A stretch of 64,000 nucleotides of DNA from Callorhinchus milii (taxonomy: Eukaryota). Shown in pieces: positions 38,313 to 52,856 of this stretch. The translations under genes and the position numbers were made by a program. Positions within the stretch are counted from its first letter, which is position 1, and each line of letters starts with the position of its first letter. Where the stretch lies: the NCBI RefSeq assembly GCF_018977255.1, contig NW_024704742.1, positions 27,964,001 to 28,028,000 on the forward strand, read 5' to 3'. Under the pieces are notes generated by a model. It did not search any database and was not told the origin of the DNA. It saw only the letters and a program-made list of their open reading frames with translations.

Positions 38313-40124
38313 TTACCTTAAGGAGAGAAGTACTGTGGAGATATTGCCTGATCTCAAAGATAAACAAATCAAAACTTCGAATATTCCTCCATTCATAGGT
38401 CTATTATTGAACTCTGACCTTCTTTCCAATGAAGGCAACATTCAGCCGTGTTGGCAACATCAGTGACACAGAAAACAAAAGTCTTCATCTTTTCTGATCA
38501 CAAATAGCCTTGTATCATTTAATACTGTTTTAGAATAGATACTTATACAGATCGTTCTGAGGAATTAATTAACCCCAAGTTATTAATAATTGATGCTCAA
38601 CTTTTATTTGGCATATATACATATGTGGTTTTGGGTGCTTTCTGGGGGGGTGGGTGGGGGAAGGTCTATGGGTTGATCACTCATCTTGTCTTCTTGAGAT
38701 CTTAGAATTTCAAATCCATGCATTGGTCTCATTGTCTGAGTCATATTGCTCAGGTCTACGTGACTTCCTTAGTGCTACATAACTTAAGCCACCTTAATTC
38801 CTGATTATGTTCTCTTTTTATTTCCTAGCGGTTACCATTTCAACTCCTTATTTTCTCTCCTGATAATTTGGAGCAAAATGTTCTAGAATCATCCTGTTTG
38901 CTTTTCTATGAACCCTCTCCAGGTCTTTAATCCCTTTAAAAGGTCAAATGGTTTCTTTATATTAGAGTCCATTGCATTTTTGTTGGCCCACTTTTTAATA
39001 TCACAGATCCTCTTCATTGCTATTTTTTCTCCCCAAATTATTCACATAGCCACTTATCTGGTTGCTAGGAAGTTATTATTATTAACAATGATAATCCTTG
39101 CATTTGATATCACACCTAATCAAGTTGTTGAAATGTCTCAAAGTTCTTCACAGGATTTTACTGTGAAGTGTCGTGACAATGTATTTGCCGGTTCAGGTAA
39201 ATATGGAAGATCCCTTGGCATTATTGGAAAAGAAGGGACTTTCTCCAGATATCCTGGCCAACAATCCCCCCAAATGAAATTAGTCATTCACTTTTTTGCG
39301 GGTATTGCTTTGAGCAAATTGGTTGCCATGGTTGCCTACAAATAATAATATTATAGTAATAAAATAATAATGCTTACATTTGCTGTAGTGTCTTTCACAA
39401 ACCAGTCTGATATCATTTACATATCTTTCCTGCAATTGATAAAAGGGAATTTGAATCTGAATATTTCTTTCCCATCGACCAGTGTTCTCAGCTGTATTGT
39501 TTCCGAAAACTAGATGGTGAAAATGTAGCATTAAAATTTAAATATAAAACATGTGAAAGCTGCGGCTTTATAAATAAGTGTAATGACAGGTCTTGACAGG
39601 TAGGGCTAAAGAATATGCATTACAGCTGCAATTCTTCAAATTCTTTGACTAAAATTACCATTAAATATTCAAAACAAAGCCAACAATTAGATTAACTTCA
39701 CATTATGGTGAAAATTGCAACATGCTAAATTGGTATCAGCATATGAATGAATAGGTTTCTGCCTGAGTTTACAAAACCACTGAAAGCTGTAAGTGGCCCA
39801 AACATCGTGACAAAGTGAGTGGAAATGGGGGGATGAGAAGGAGGAGATCACACCTCTTTTGATGGTCAATAGATCGGCATTTTCTGCGATGTGACAGTTA
39901 TCACGTCACATGATGCAATCTTCAGTACATTCTTTAAAGTGTGTGTTAAAAATTGCAAGACTATTTTAGTTTTTCCAGAACAGATGCTACTGTCACAGTA
40001 TCTTAGACCCAGCAAGAGAAACTCCCATTTGTTGTCTAAATGTTCGGCTGATTTTATTGCCCTTTCATCTGAAGAGCATTGTTTAAGATTCTTCCAGGAA
40101 ATCCAAGTATAAGATAGGGGCTAG

Positions 40125-40530
40125 GGGATCGAAGAGCAAATTTAAGAGGAACTACTTCACACACAGAGTGACAAATTCTCGTCCTCGCCTTCAAAGCCCT
40201 CCATGGCATCTGCCCCTCCTACCTCTCCCACTTGCTAACCCCTTATCAACCTGTCTGTTCCCTCTGCTTAGTAGGCTCCGAGCTGCTCCATGACCCCGGC
40301 CCACCCCACCATTGGCAATCGAGCCTTGAGGCTCTCTGTTCCAACCCTCTAGAACTCCATGCCACATTCCCTTTGCTTCGCTCCCTCCCTTGCCTCCTTC
40401 AAGGCATGCCTAAAGACCCTCCTGTTCGCCACTGAGATTGTGAAATTCTGCCTGAGCAGTAGTTGAATCAGATAGCATAGATGCATTCAAGACCAAGCTA
40501 GATAAACACGAGAGGGAAGGGAAGCAAATA
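40125..40530 (+). mobile_element. CR1 3' fragment interrupted by an L2 fragment (~40172-40433)
   Basis: AGGAACTACTTCACACACAGAGTG and GATTGTGAAATTCTGCCTGAG flank an L2 segment (KILVLAFKALHG..). Confidence 0.7.
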
Positions 40531-41699
40531 GAGGGTTTGGGAGGGAGTAAGGACCCCACTTCCTAACTCCACTTAAACTATTGTATAACTCTATAAGGTC
40601 CCCTCTGAGACATCTCCTTTCAAGAATGAAGAACCCTAGCTTGTCTTTTTTAAATAAGAGTCAGATTAATATCTGATTAAGAATGGAATTTAAGGTTGAT
40701 GGCATAAGGACAGAACTAGGTGATTAAATGCTTTGTGGTTGGAACCATGCATGAGTCATCTGTGGAGCACAATTGGTTGGAGTTGAAGAGTATGAACTGT
40801 AAAATGAAATTAATACTCTGGAGTTTTGCTTGATTTATTAATTCAAGGAGTTAGACGACATTTCACAGAGCTGTGCTTCTTTGGGTCCTTACGTGTGGTT
40901 GCATCACTCGGAGATTCAATCAATTGGTCAGATGGCAAATTGTACATGGTCTGTGCAGGCAAACAGGTTTGTTGAGGTAAAAGTACTTTTCTCAATTCAG
41001 ATTTGCATCCATTTAAGATTTGGTAGTGAAAGCGAAACATCATCTTCCAGATCTGCAGGAGCAGAGAAATACTTAACATTTAAAAACAGCTCAGTTTAAA
41101 AAGCTTGAAGCAGTTAATTAATGAATACTAATGCATTTAATCAAAATCATTCTTATTTGCATAAGGATGGTTCTGTTCTGTCTGCAGTGTGGGTCGCAGT
41201 AAAAAGGAATATTTTTTAACCACAACCTCCCATCTGTTCCCCCGACTTTTAAACTGACTCATACATGGGTATGTGCCTTGATACAAGGGATAGCAAAGCT
41301 ACATTTCTGAGCTGAAAACATCTGTTGAAAAGGATTGTGGCAGAGGCCAGCCATTATTTAAAGGATCCCAATAGGAGGCTGCAGTTTCTCATTTTCTGAT
41401 TTTAGCGTCTTTTAGTGCCAGTTTAAAGAGGCATTTCCCCTCTTCTTGCCCCCAATATTTATTAAGCTTATGCAGGGATATAGCAGTTGGGGGGGAGGGT
41501 GGGTGGGAGGAATAATCCAAACAGGAAAATAGTTGAAAGCATTAACAGTTGCCATGAAGTACTCAAGGGATGAACATTTAGGTATCAATTATCAAGATAT
41601 CCCTCAGATCAATATGGAGCACTTTGGGTGAATAAGGACTACTGCAGGGCAAAGCAGGTATGAAGATAATAGAAAAAAACAGTAATCCTTACAGAAGAA

Positions 41700-41935
41700 G
41701 AAACTGAACAGTAGCAGCAAAGGTGGTCAAGGACATGATGAATGCAGATAGCATATGTCCAAAGGAATAGAGTATGAAAGTAGGGAAGTCATTCTAAATT
41801 TATATAAAGCCCTGTTGTAAACCACATTTCTATTGCGGGTCCAGTCGCCATATTACAGGAAGGGTATTGTAGCATTCGAAAGAGTATTGCGCAGATTTAC
41901 ACAGATGTTACCAGGGATGGGAAGACTCAGTTATC
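41700..41935 (+). mobile_element. CR1 ORF2 C-terminal remnant
   Basis: SKGIEYESREVILNLYKAL..SPYYRKGIVAFERVLRRFTQMLPGMGRLSY. Confidence 0.85.
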
Positions 41936-42484
41936 AACAACAATTTACATTTTTATTGCGCTTTTCACATCGGGAAGCTGTCTCCAAACGCTTCACACAT
42001 CTGACTGGGCACTTGATCTGGGGCACGGAGGGAAGATGATGAAAACATTCAGGTCACTGTACGTTATATCCTGTGAAGCACTTTGTGATGCCTCAACAAT
42101 GTGATACATCAAATCAAGAATTATTTTATTATTAATTATTTTGACAGAAAACTACAATAAATAAAACCATCTGTGCTCCCATGAGGAAAGGTGGTACTTT
42201 TTTTAAGTGAAAAAATAATTGTAACATTTGTGGAACTGGAGCATATATTTAATGTGTATTTATGCTGCATGTTTGGCAGCAAACAGTTACCATTCATTCT
42301 GTGAATATAGCACAGGAATCGACACTAGCGATGCACACTGCACATAGTACGTATGCTCACGACGTGCATAAAGTAATGTCAGAAGTGATTTGACACGGTG
42401 GTAATTGGCCATTTATTAAAATTTTGCTTATATCACGGTGAAACACTGCAAGCATTGCAAGACGTCCCAATGAAGGGAGCTATA

Positions 42485-42835
42485 TAACAATAAACAGCAA
42501 TAACAAATTACATGGAGATAGTCCCTTTCACATTGGAAGGATGTCCCAAGGCGCTGGGCAGTTAAGGGTTTGCACCCAAGCTGGGAGTGGAATTCAGAGG
42601 GGTGCAGGTTAGGGGAGGTGGAGATGGGAGTGTGGCCGAAGGTACAATCAAAACAAAAGGTCTTGAGACTGGCCTTGAAGGAGGGAAGGGGCGAGATAGA
42701 AGGATTCGGGGATAGAGTTCCAGAGGGTGGGGACAGAAAAGCTGAAGGCACGATTTCCATTGGTAAGGTAGGGGACATGGAGCAAGCCATTCCCCACTGA
42801 ATGGAGGGAGAGGGAAGATTGGTATGATAGAGGGA
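42485..42835 (-). mobile_element. L2 3' fragment
   Basis: GNRAFSFSVPTLWNSIP..SFKASLKTF, followed by the L2 tail. Confidence 0.85.
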
Positions 42836-43544
42836 AGGTTGGTATATAACATTGGAAGCAGTCAGGCGCGCTGTAAAGAAGTTTCCCTGTATCCATTGCA
42901 AACTTTACAAGAATATTAAAACTTTGTGGAATCCGCAGAGAGAAGCTGGCATTCTAATAATAATAATAATAATCCTTGCATTTGATATAGTGCTTTTCAC
43001 GTCGGGAGGACGTCCCAAAGAGCTTCACAGAACACTGTAAAGTGAATTGACTGTATATTTGTGGGCGAACGCGGCAGCCAATTGCGCACAGCAATGTTTG
43101 CAGGCTATCTTTGCAGGCTATCTTTAAGATTTCACTCTGTTGGTAAGCTTGAACGGCAAACTTATCAGTTATAGTAACAGGATAAATGGCTACATTGGTT
43201 TTGGCGTACAACAACAACAAAATTACATTTATAGAGCGCCTTTCACATCGGGAGGACGTCCCAAAGCACTGGTGTATTGTTGGTGTACCAATAATAATAT
43301 AATAATATTCCTTGTATTTGATATGACTTCTATGTAATTTTCTGAGGCAAATAGTTTGGCTTTAATAATCGTCTTTAATGTTCATTATTAAAATAAACAT
43401 CATTTTCAAAGAAATTTTATGTCCAATACTATTATAACTAATTCACATGATTTAAGTATAATTTAAGCAACACGTCCGCATATATAGTCAATTCACTTTA
43501 CAATATATTCTGCAAAGCGCTTTGAGATGTCTCAAAGATGGGCT

Positions 43545-43965
43545 AACAACGACAACAACTTGGATTTATATAGCGTCTCAGCGCTTCACAGTAACGGATC
43601 CCGGGGCCGAGCCAGGGGGAGGGGAAAGAAGGTGACCAAAGGCACGGTCGATAAGAAAGGTCTTCAGCCAAGACCTGAAAATAGGGAGAGAAGAGGCTCG
43701 GGGCATAGTGGCTGAAGGCACGGCCGCCGAGGGTGGAGCGGAGGATTCGGGGGACAAGGAGGAGGCCAGACCCGGTGGAGCGAAGGCAACGGGCACTGTT
43801 GTGAGGAGAGAGGAGGTCAGAGAGTAGGGGTTGCAAAGGAGTCAAGGGATTTGAAGACAAGAGTGAGGATCTTGAAGTCAATTATCTCTGGGACAGGCAG
43901 CCAGTGCAGTCTGGCAAGGACTGGGATAATCGGGGAGCGGAGTTTGGTGCGGGTAAGAATGCAGA
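43545..43965 (-). mobile_element. L2 3' fragment
   Basis: ..LSDLLSP..LRSTGSGLLLVPRILRSTLGGRAFSHYAP; LKTFLIDRAFG. Confidence 0.88.
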
Positions 43966-45127
43966 TATTAAGCTGTATCAAATGCAAGGAATATTATATT
44001 ATTATAAGATTAGGTTAGAATCTCATCTGAAGGACGCACCTTCAACAAATTAGCGCTCCCCCAGCACTGCGCAAAGATTGGAGCAGACGAAGACTTGAAC
44101 CTGTAATCGTATGGCCAGCTTTGTGTCAAGCTGTACCTTTACCCACTGGAGTGTGAGGGAGCTAAAGACATATGTTTAAAGGTTCAGTGAGAACGGGCTG
44201 CTGAAAAACATTTTTCTTTTGCATTTCCAGCACAATTCTTATATTATTTTTCTGGACACATTCATTATAATTACCTATTTGAAGGAGCATCTTTATTCTG
44301 GCAGGGAGATACTGTGATATGTTGCATTGATTTGCGCCTGCAATGATTTCTAGCATTTCTTTTGAACGTGGCTGAAATCAACAAGTTTATTGCTTCAGTA
44401 TAATCCCCCACTTGTACTCTATTGTGAATCACAAAATTGAGTTGAGCATCATGTAGTTACTTGTGAATAACTGTTGAACAGGTATCTGCTACAGAAACAA
44501 AGTTCAGAAAGTGCATGATTATTATCAGGAATACGCAAATGGGTTTATTCCATTTATTGCATCAATGTAGTGCTGGGTTCTGACAAAGAATGATAATTGA
44601 GCTCAAAAGACATCCTGGCTAAATAAATACAATTCAGAAGGATGTCTGTTCAGAATTATTGTTTTCAATTTCATCTAGGATAGCTCCAGCATTCTGAGTC
44701 TTTGCAAACTCCAAAACCATACAAAGACAAAGTTAACAACAACGACTTGCATTTACAATGTGTAAGCACCCTTCATGCAGGATAGCATCTCGGAGACTAG
44801 AATGGATTGTGAATAGACTCACCGTTTAGATCATTGTGATAAATATCTATGTTCCCTCACCATTAGACCAATGTGTAACATAGCTATACCATGTTTCTTA
44901 TGGGATTAAGAAACTAATAATGCTTCACGTGTATGTCTCCACTGTATGAGTTCGTAACTCACTAAATGTTTCATATTGAAGCAGCATATTCATTTATATT
45001 GGATAAACTTCATCTCCTCATGACCAGGCCTAATTGAGTCACCGCGAGAAGTAATTGCAAATTGATGCTCATCCCCCAGTCACTTACCATTATGGTGGAG
45101 AATGAATTCCATAGCAATCCAAACGTG

Positions 45128-45562
45128 TTAGCTTGGCTCAGTGGTGGCACTCTCACCTCTGAGTCAGAAGGTTATGGGTTCAGGTCCCACATCCGGACTT
45201 CAACTCACATAGTCTGAGCTGACACTCTAATGCAATGCTGGGTGCGGGGAGGTATATTGCATTGTCGGAGGTGCCATCCTTCAGATGAGATGCCGAGGTC
45301 CTGTCGGCTTGTTCATGTGGATGTTAAAGACCTCATAGCAATATTCAAAAAGAGAAGGGAATTTCTCCCAGTGTCCTGGCCAATTATTCCCCAAATAAAA
45401 ATTGGTCAAGCATTTCGTGGCTGTTTGGGGGACATTGCTGGGTGCAATTGTGCTGCCGTGTTCGCCTCCAAATACAGAGACATTCCATTTCACATTAAAT
45501 CCTGTGAAGCGTTTTGAGATGTTCTCCCAACGTGATAAGCTACTGTACCAAATGGAAGGATT
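45128..45562 (+). mobile_element. Full-length Deu-domain SINE (SacSINE1/AmnSINE-type architecture)
   Basis: tRNA head (TGGCTCAGTGG..GGTTCAGGTCC), Deu core (GGAGGTGCCATCCTTCAGATGAGA..GTTAAAGACCTCATAGCA..GTGTCCTGGCCAAT) and L2-like tail. Further degenerate copies at ~12190, 19640, 27160, 39085, 54020, 60295 and 62100. Confidence 0.85.
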
Positions 45563-47431
45563 TTCTTTTGTTCCCTTTAATTTTTGAACCACAACGTTTA
45601 TTCATACGTGACATGCGAATAAGCTATTTAGGTTCTTGCCCCTTATCAGCAGATGAGTTTCTCTAGGCTGACATACCAATGATATATGGCTGGAGCACTG
45701 CATCATTCTTTGGGGTAATGATGAATTGAGCTTCCATCTCCTTGTATTGGTGACTGAAGTGAATATTAAAGATTGCATTGTATTCTTTTATAGAAGACTG
45801 GAGAATTATCCTGTATTTCTGGTTGATGTCTTCCTCATCCAAACTCATCAAAAGCAGACCTATTTTTCTCCTTCGTCTCATGGCTGTGCAGGGAATGTTG
45901 CTGGTGCAGATGAGCTGTCACGTTTGCAGATATAACAGTCACCACACTTCAAAGTGACTCACAGTATGAAGTGCTGAGAGAAATTTTACTATGTCAAGCA
46001 CTTTCTACTGAATCTCAAAAGAGAAAAGGTTGCAATACTTGTAAAGGATGCAGGGAATATTCCAACCTATGTAATCCTGAGAGAAACAAGCTAAAGGTTT
46101 CTGATTGAGGCAGCAAGCCAGTTGTACAGAAAATAAAATGGTTAATTTTTTTTGATAAAAATATCCATCTCGAGAAATCCAAGATTATATAACGATTTAA
46201 CGTAATGAGATTTTAGATGCTTAATATCTATGTATTTCAAATTGAAGATATACATTATTGAATGAGTTTTCTAAATCGAACACAATTTGATTTTAGTAAA
46301 GAGATTTGTACGTCTATTTGCAAAATCAAATTAAAAAAAACATTTCATTTGATGCTGTGCCTTATCATGCCAACGTTCTCAAACCTCTTCATAGAGTCTA
46401 TCCTACACTGCTCTTTAGAAGTAGCAATCAATATCTTAAAACTCCTGCCTTGTGAATTACTTTGAACTGCAGTGACTGGTGCGTAGACAAAGACGCAGTG
46501 TACTGCCAAGTTACATACAATAATAGGAATCTACAGTGAAATCCGCACCGGCTCCCAGAGCTGGTGGAATTATTATTGAGTTGTAGTTTGGGTCTGTATA
46601 GTTGTAGCTTGGCATTTGCTGTGCAATCTGCAGGAGTGATGGCTAGGGCTAGCTTGCAATTTTCTTATTGACTCAAAGGAGAATTTTGCATTGTAAAAAA
46701 AGTGCTTACTTAGTGGTAGTTCTTGGTGATTTGAGTCAACGTTGCTGCATGCTATTCAGGTATCTCTAAGTTTCTATTTATAAGTGCAAGTGTAAAGTAC
46801 ATGGGATAATTAGGATACTCAATGACAAGGCAATGAGTTCAGAACTCATCCCACGAGAGAAAGGAATGAATAACTTACAAGTGGGGCAAATGCATGTGGG
46901 TTTGTCTATGTCCTTTTTAAAGAGTTCTGTACATTCTGTACTCAACTACTTGCCGTTAAGTATTCCCTTTCCATTACAAATGTGGTGTGAATTACAATAA
47001 GAGGAAAAAAAAATTATGAGACGCTTCCCAGTAATGCACAATGTCACAGCATGGTTGCAAATTAGAACCATTGCCTGACAACACTGATTCCAACTGTTAG
47101 TGTTGGAGACAGTGCAGAAAGGAGGCTGTGCAAAAGGGAGAGAGGGTGAATGAATTGTAAGCTAGTTCATTTTCTGAGTAGTTATTTAAATCTCTCAGCA
47201 CCAGTTTCACAGTACTCAGACAAAAACCTGAAGAATAGAATAAACAACTGACACTTATGGTATCAATATAAGTATGGCATGTCCATGAGGGTGGAGGGGA
47301 GATAGGCGAAAATAATTCTGTTAGGAAATTTCTTTTCCAGCCTATGCACTCTGGGCAAGAATTATTCCCACTCATTTCATGTTTGCCCTGCAAGCCTGAG
47401 TTCCTAGCAAGCAGATAATGCACTCAAGGGC

Positions 47432-48138
47432 AGGTATGCAGTTTTAGTTGGTTGAACTCCAGTAGTGTCTCAATGCAAACTCCGGGGTTCTCAAGCCTTG
47501 GCCCTTACACTCTCTGGAATTCGATTTGCAAGTGTGGGCATTCTCTCCAGAGAAAGAGAGAGAGAAAGTGTGTATTCCTTTCAAGACACAGGAAAATGTC
47601 TATGTGTCAATGACATATATTTGCCCTAGCATCTCCCTACTTCTCTGACCTGCATGTACCACATTCCTCTGCCACCCACCTTTATTCTGCTAACACAGGT
47701 CTGCTGACCTCCCCATGCCTACACCAATGACCCGTGCCTTCAGCCTCAACTCTGGAACACCCTACCTCAATCCATCCACCTCACTCCCTCTTTATCTCAT
47801 TAACTCCCACTGTAACTCCCATGACTGTTTGTGAGACACTGCTGTGCGCAATCGGCTGCTGCTTTTGCGCATAAAATATAGTCAATTCACTTTACGATAT
47901 ATTCTGTGAAGCACTTTGAGATGTCTCGAAGACATGGTAAGGCACCTGTGGTCACCTCTCCCTTCTCCCTTGCACAGGTCCAACCCCACTGCAATATGCT
48001 ATCCTTGTGAAGGGTGCTATATAAATGAAAATTGCTGTTGTTGTTGTGTACAGGGACACTCTCAGTCTGGCTTGGATAATCTAAAGCAGAATGATACATT
48101 TCTGCATGTTGTAGACACCCAGCTGACTAAAAATAATC
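47432..48138 (+). repeat. Unclassified dispersed repeat, copy 5, split by L2/SINE fragments (~47620-48045)
   Basis: 47432-47585 matches 15318-15450; 48050-48138 (GGCTTGGATAATCT..AGACACCCAGCTGACTAAAAATA) matches the 3' end of copy 1. Confidence 0.72.
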
Positions 48139-49825
48139 AGTCTGTGCCATCGTAATTGTGCAGGATGTAATGCCTTATTTCATTTATAAAAGCTGATGCA
48201 TGCTTTATTCCTTAAATGTTTTATTCCAGCTTAATATTCTGGTTATTGAAGATCGAAGTTAAAATCTTAAGGGCTGGTATGGCACAAGCAAATGTCGATT
48301 TTTAGCAAACTTTGGAATTTGGTCGCCTGATGTTTTGTGTTGATGAGAATTGAATTTTCTCAGAGTTGCTATGTGGCCTCACTAATGGAGACACTCTCCC
48401 CACTTCGGTTACTTCTCAAATTGCCAATTAAAAAAAAATCTTTACTGCACCGTTGAGTCACAGGGAAAGAAATTTAGCCTTGTGACAAATTATTAAAATG
48501 GACTATTTTTGTAGCATTAAATAAGGCTGCTCTGTGGACACGGTGGAGGAAATTTCTCCCAGTCTATACTTCAAAAAAATCACAAGGTGTTTGGATAAAC
48601 AATGCCTTTGTTCTGTTTGATCCCATCTTTGCACAATACCAACACAAACATCTCCCCATTGCAGCTTCAAGCTGTTTCTTAAATATATTCAGTGTACTGA
48701 CATCAACCACTCTTCCTGTTGATTTGTTTCAGTTCATCACGATGCTCTGTGTAAAGAAACACTTCTTGGTATCTGCCCAGGACTTGCAATTCACAACAAA
48801 TGTTTGTTGATTTCTTTAATTTGCAGATTTTTAGCAGTGGTATAATCACTGTGCTGGCTTAGAGTAAAACTGCATGAACATCTAGAAGAATAAAGGCAAC
48901 ATATTATGATGCACTTTTTAAATAAAAGACCAAAGAACCCTCTTCATCCAAATCAATTTTGTAATCTTGTGGTGTCCTTCCCCCACCACTGTACCACACA
49001 CTCATCTCCCATGTCGGTAGAGCAATCGTTGGTTCTGCTCTGTATAGTTGAGGGCAGCTGCAATATGAAAGAAATTTGGAATTTCTCCCGTGTCAGCTGT
49101 AAACATGCCAATCTCCAGGTTGATGGTGTGATTGCATTCAATTTAAATGTTATTGGTCTGCTGCCTTGCTTTTATTTAAAAAAATAAGGATTTAGTAGGT
49201 TTCATGCATAGACTAGTTAAGTCACACATATATATTGATTGCACAAACAGAACACTGGCACCATTAACCACAATGGGGGTTTATGACATTCGAGAGGTAT
49301 TGCACTGTAGCTTGAATGGAAAATTATGCTCAGTGAAAGAACAATGACTCGACAGTAAATTAGTTTTTTTGGTGAATGCTTGTTTGAACAAATTAGTTTA
49401 AACTCTGAGTTCCACAATAGCAGTCAAGTCTGCTGTACGACAAAGAATTGAATGGAAAGCAAATGGTATATTCTTCTAAGTTTTTGTGATGTTAATTCAG
49501 ACAATGTTTTTAAAAATTTACACGAGTTATAAATGAAAAACAATGCCATGATAGTATGCTTCACAGTTTTCAGATAAAGTAACAAACCTTACCTGCTGTA
49601 AACATTAGTGCATGCCTAACGTAATGCTGCTTATATATTCTCAGGTCTGCTAATTAATATTTGTTGGGTTACTGAACTTTTTTAAAATATTTATAGCACA
49701 CCCTGGTGAGTCATTCATTATCCTTTTTTATTAAAGCAAGAGATACTTCCCGAGGACAAGATGGTGGCGGTATTAGCAAATCCTATTATCATCATCGCAA
49801 TTTAGCCTTTATTGTCCTCCTATAT

Positions 49826-50690
49826 CATAAGATTGTTCTGGTTGGAAGAAGGCTTTTCAACCCATCTGATCTCAGCCCTCCAGAACACTCACCCTATCGC
49901 TCCCCCTGTCACCCCCCCCCCTCACCACTCCCCCCATCATTGCATCAAGCTGATTTTCAATAGAGTCCAGTTTCCTGGCCTCGAACACCTTTCCTAGCAA
50001 TCTGTTCCATTGTTGTTTACCCTCTGCTTAAAGAAAAACTTCCTGGTATCTGTCCTGCAATTGCCCTTTATACTTCTGAACTTTACATCTTTTTGTTCCA
50101 CTGTCTTGATGCATCCTGAAATATCAATCTGTGCTTACTTTTGAAACCCATTTAAAATCTTGTACACGTCTATGAGGTTTTTTTTATCTTCTCTCAAAAC
50201 TGAAGAGTCTTGTCTAATTGTTGCTCATTGCTCATTCCTCCAACATTGGAGATAACCCTTGTTGCTCTCCTTTGTACCCCGTATCAGGTCTGGGCAGCCA
50301 CTGTTTGTTGCGGTGACCAGAATTGTCTGAGGTTTTCAAGGTGTGGTCTGACCAGAGCACTGTACAGCCCGAGGATGACACCTGTGGATCTAAACCCAAC
50401 CAATTTATCAATATAGCCCCGCATTCTGTTTGCCTTGTTTATTGCTGCCTCACATTGTCTTGACATAGTGCGCGACAAGTCAACGAAAACCCCTTGATTT
50501 CTTTCAGCTTCCCCCTTTGGGAAATGCAATCCCATAATGGGGTACTTATGTTTCCTATTCTTGGATTCTGTATTTATCAGTATTAAGCTTCATTTGTCAG
50601 TTATCAGCCCATTTGAATTCCATATCTAGCTCTCTTTTAGGACCTTTGCTTTCTCCTCTTATCCCACTGTTCCCCCCTGCCTAACTTGGT
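49826..50690 (-). mobile_element. CR1 LINE 3' portion, degenerate
   Basis: ERNQGVFVD..QCEAAINKANRMRGYI..GVILGLYSALVRPHLE..QFWSP. Confidence 0.88.
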
Positions 50691-52654
50691 AGAAAGTGAA
50701 ACTGGAAAGGTTTGTGAAGGGAGAAAAGTGAAATTTCTAATGCAACGAGTCAATGAAATGCATTATCTCTACCATAATAGTTTATGACACAGGAGATCTA
50801 TCGGTCGTGTGGCAATATGATGCCTGATATGGCAGTGTTTAACGTGAGCTTGTGTAGAAAGCTGTAATCAAGCCAGCCTGAAAACAAATGGTGCTGCCAT
50901 AATGCAACTTTAAGAATAATCAAGACAGTTTCAATACGAGCTGGGCTGTTTCCTTTAGAACTCACACACCGAGAATGCTGGTTGCCTTATGAGTTGATCT
51001 CCCAGAAAAAGCTCTGAGTCGAAGCAGTTTTTAAAAAGAAACCTGCATTTGTCCTGATCAAAGAATTGTACTGTGTACGAGCTATATTTTAGCTTGCATT
51101 CCTGGTCATGCACATTTATCTCACACAAATATGAACGGAACCAGAATGTAAGTTTGTTCGGGATTGCTTTCAACATCTGAATACCCGTGCATTTGGATGA
51201 CATGTAGCCATATTGAAATGTGCGAGGGAAAAAGTCAAAGGAAGTTAAGTGAAGTAATAATGAAATGCAATGCAAATGGTAAACACTGGTGAGGGTTGTT
51301 GGCTGAGTGGACAAGGTTGGCTGGTATACAGAGTAGCTCATTTTGAGTACAGGGTTATTGTAATTACATGGATGAAAGATGTTTTGGCAGATGGACCAGA
51401 TACTGGTAGAATTGCTGCATTGTTAATCCAAGTAATGGCAGATCTCAACAGACCCCGGCATATGATATTGCAACAGTTCTTAAGCACAAAGTTCATTCAT
51501 TATCCAAGAATACTTGGCATTTGCCATTAGCAGTTATTCTGTTGTTATAGTCACATCCCAGGCAGATGTTTAATGCAAGTAAAATGCTTAATGAATGGAA
51601 AACTAGATGTAATAATATTACTTTGATTACAAGCAGAATTAACAAGAGGCAAAGTGATATTGAGTTAGCACATCATTCTTTTACCTATGGGATTCTGATG
51701 GTATAAATCTGTTTTGAATGAAAAGGTTCGGATATGAAATAAATTTCACCCACAAATACAGTTATGCCTCTTTGCGGTGCAGTATACCCTGTCCGACGTG
51801 AAAGGCGCTATAAAATGTAATTTTGTTGTTATTGTTGTTGAAGGCCTATGAGATGCCATGGCAAGGTAATACGGTATTATATCAAATGTGAGGATTCTTA
51901 TTATTTACTATTATTAAAGCGCTTTGGGATGTCCTCCCGATATGAAAGGCGCTCTATCAATTTGATTTTGTTGTTGTTGTTGATAAGTAATTAATATTGA
52001 GTAATTCATAGGTGTGAATTCAGAGTAAAATAAACTCGTAATCTAAATCTGATTAGTGATAAATTAAAAATCTTACATGGAGGCAGTGGAACTGTAACTG
52101 CACTTTTGATGCTTTCATCCAGTTTCTGTGTGGTTTTCATTCTGTACACATGAAGAAAAAAGGTTTGTGCGTGGGTATGATTGTCCCACCATCACTAAAT
52201 TTACAGACCTTTATCAGTAACCTTATACTGGAGAATCCTTTTCTAAACCTGTACCACCGAATATTACCGCTGTCAAAGCATTGCTCCCCAAAACCAAAAC
52301 AAACTCTAAACACGCAAGAAAATCAATAATGATCAGATATCAGTTTCAATAAGAAACAAAATCCAGTGAACTGCAGCGAACGAAGACCTACATGTTTTAC
52401 AGATAGCAGATTCTGAGAGATAGAGCCCCATACAGAGTTCAGGCTACGCGCTGGGCCAATAGAAAAATGCAGCTGCAATTTTTCCACGGTATCTGCTATA
52501 AACACCCTCCTCCACTACATCGTCCCTCTGCTACCAACCCATAACACTCCAGTGTGCTTGGCTCCGAGCCTCTACAAGTTGCTGCCGGCTGTTTACTCAA
52601 CGCCGATACTGTGGGAGGAGGAGCTCCAGACGCGCAGTGCGGCGCGAGCGGGAA

Positions 52655-52717
52655 ATGGGCTTCGTTCACCCCGAGGCCCTGCTGTTGATATTGTCTGTGT
52701 GTCTCTCTCTCTACTCT
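52655..52717 (+). CDS. Possible first coding exon encoding a signal-peptide-like sequence (MGFVHPEALLLILSVCLSLYS)
   Basis: First ATG after the TATA box, in strong Kozak context (GAAATGG), with a hydrophobic core and donor-like GTATGT at 52718 (alternative GTGAGT at 52736). No downstream exon or gene identified; the 3' part overlaps a TG/TC microsatellite. Confidence 0.33.
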
Positions 52718-52856
52718 GTATGTGTGTGTCTCTGTGTGAGTGTGTGTTTGTGATGTGTGCGACTGTGGGTGGGTGTGTCTCTCTCCTGTGTATATGTATT
52801 TATATGTGTGCCTTTCTCTCAGTGCCTGTGAGTATGTGTCTCTCTCTGTGTCTGTG
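52695..52856. repeat. Compound (TG)/(TC) microsatellite
   Basis: Interrupted TGTG/TCTC runs. Confidence 0.85.

Noticed and set aside
45663..45881. Protein-like minus-strand ORF (LLMSLDEEDINQKYRIILQSSIKEY..)
   Set aside because: It lies between two SINEs, has a purine-rich acceptor and no identifiable domain. Unsupported without a database search.
52456..52487. ER-stress element (ERSE: CCAAT-N9-CCACG)
   Set aside because: The spacer is 23 nt, not 9.
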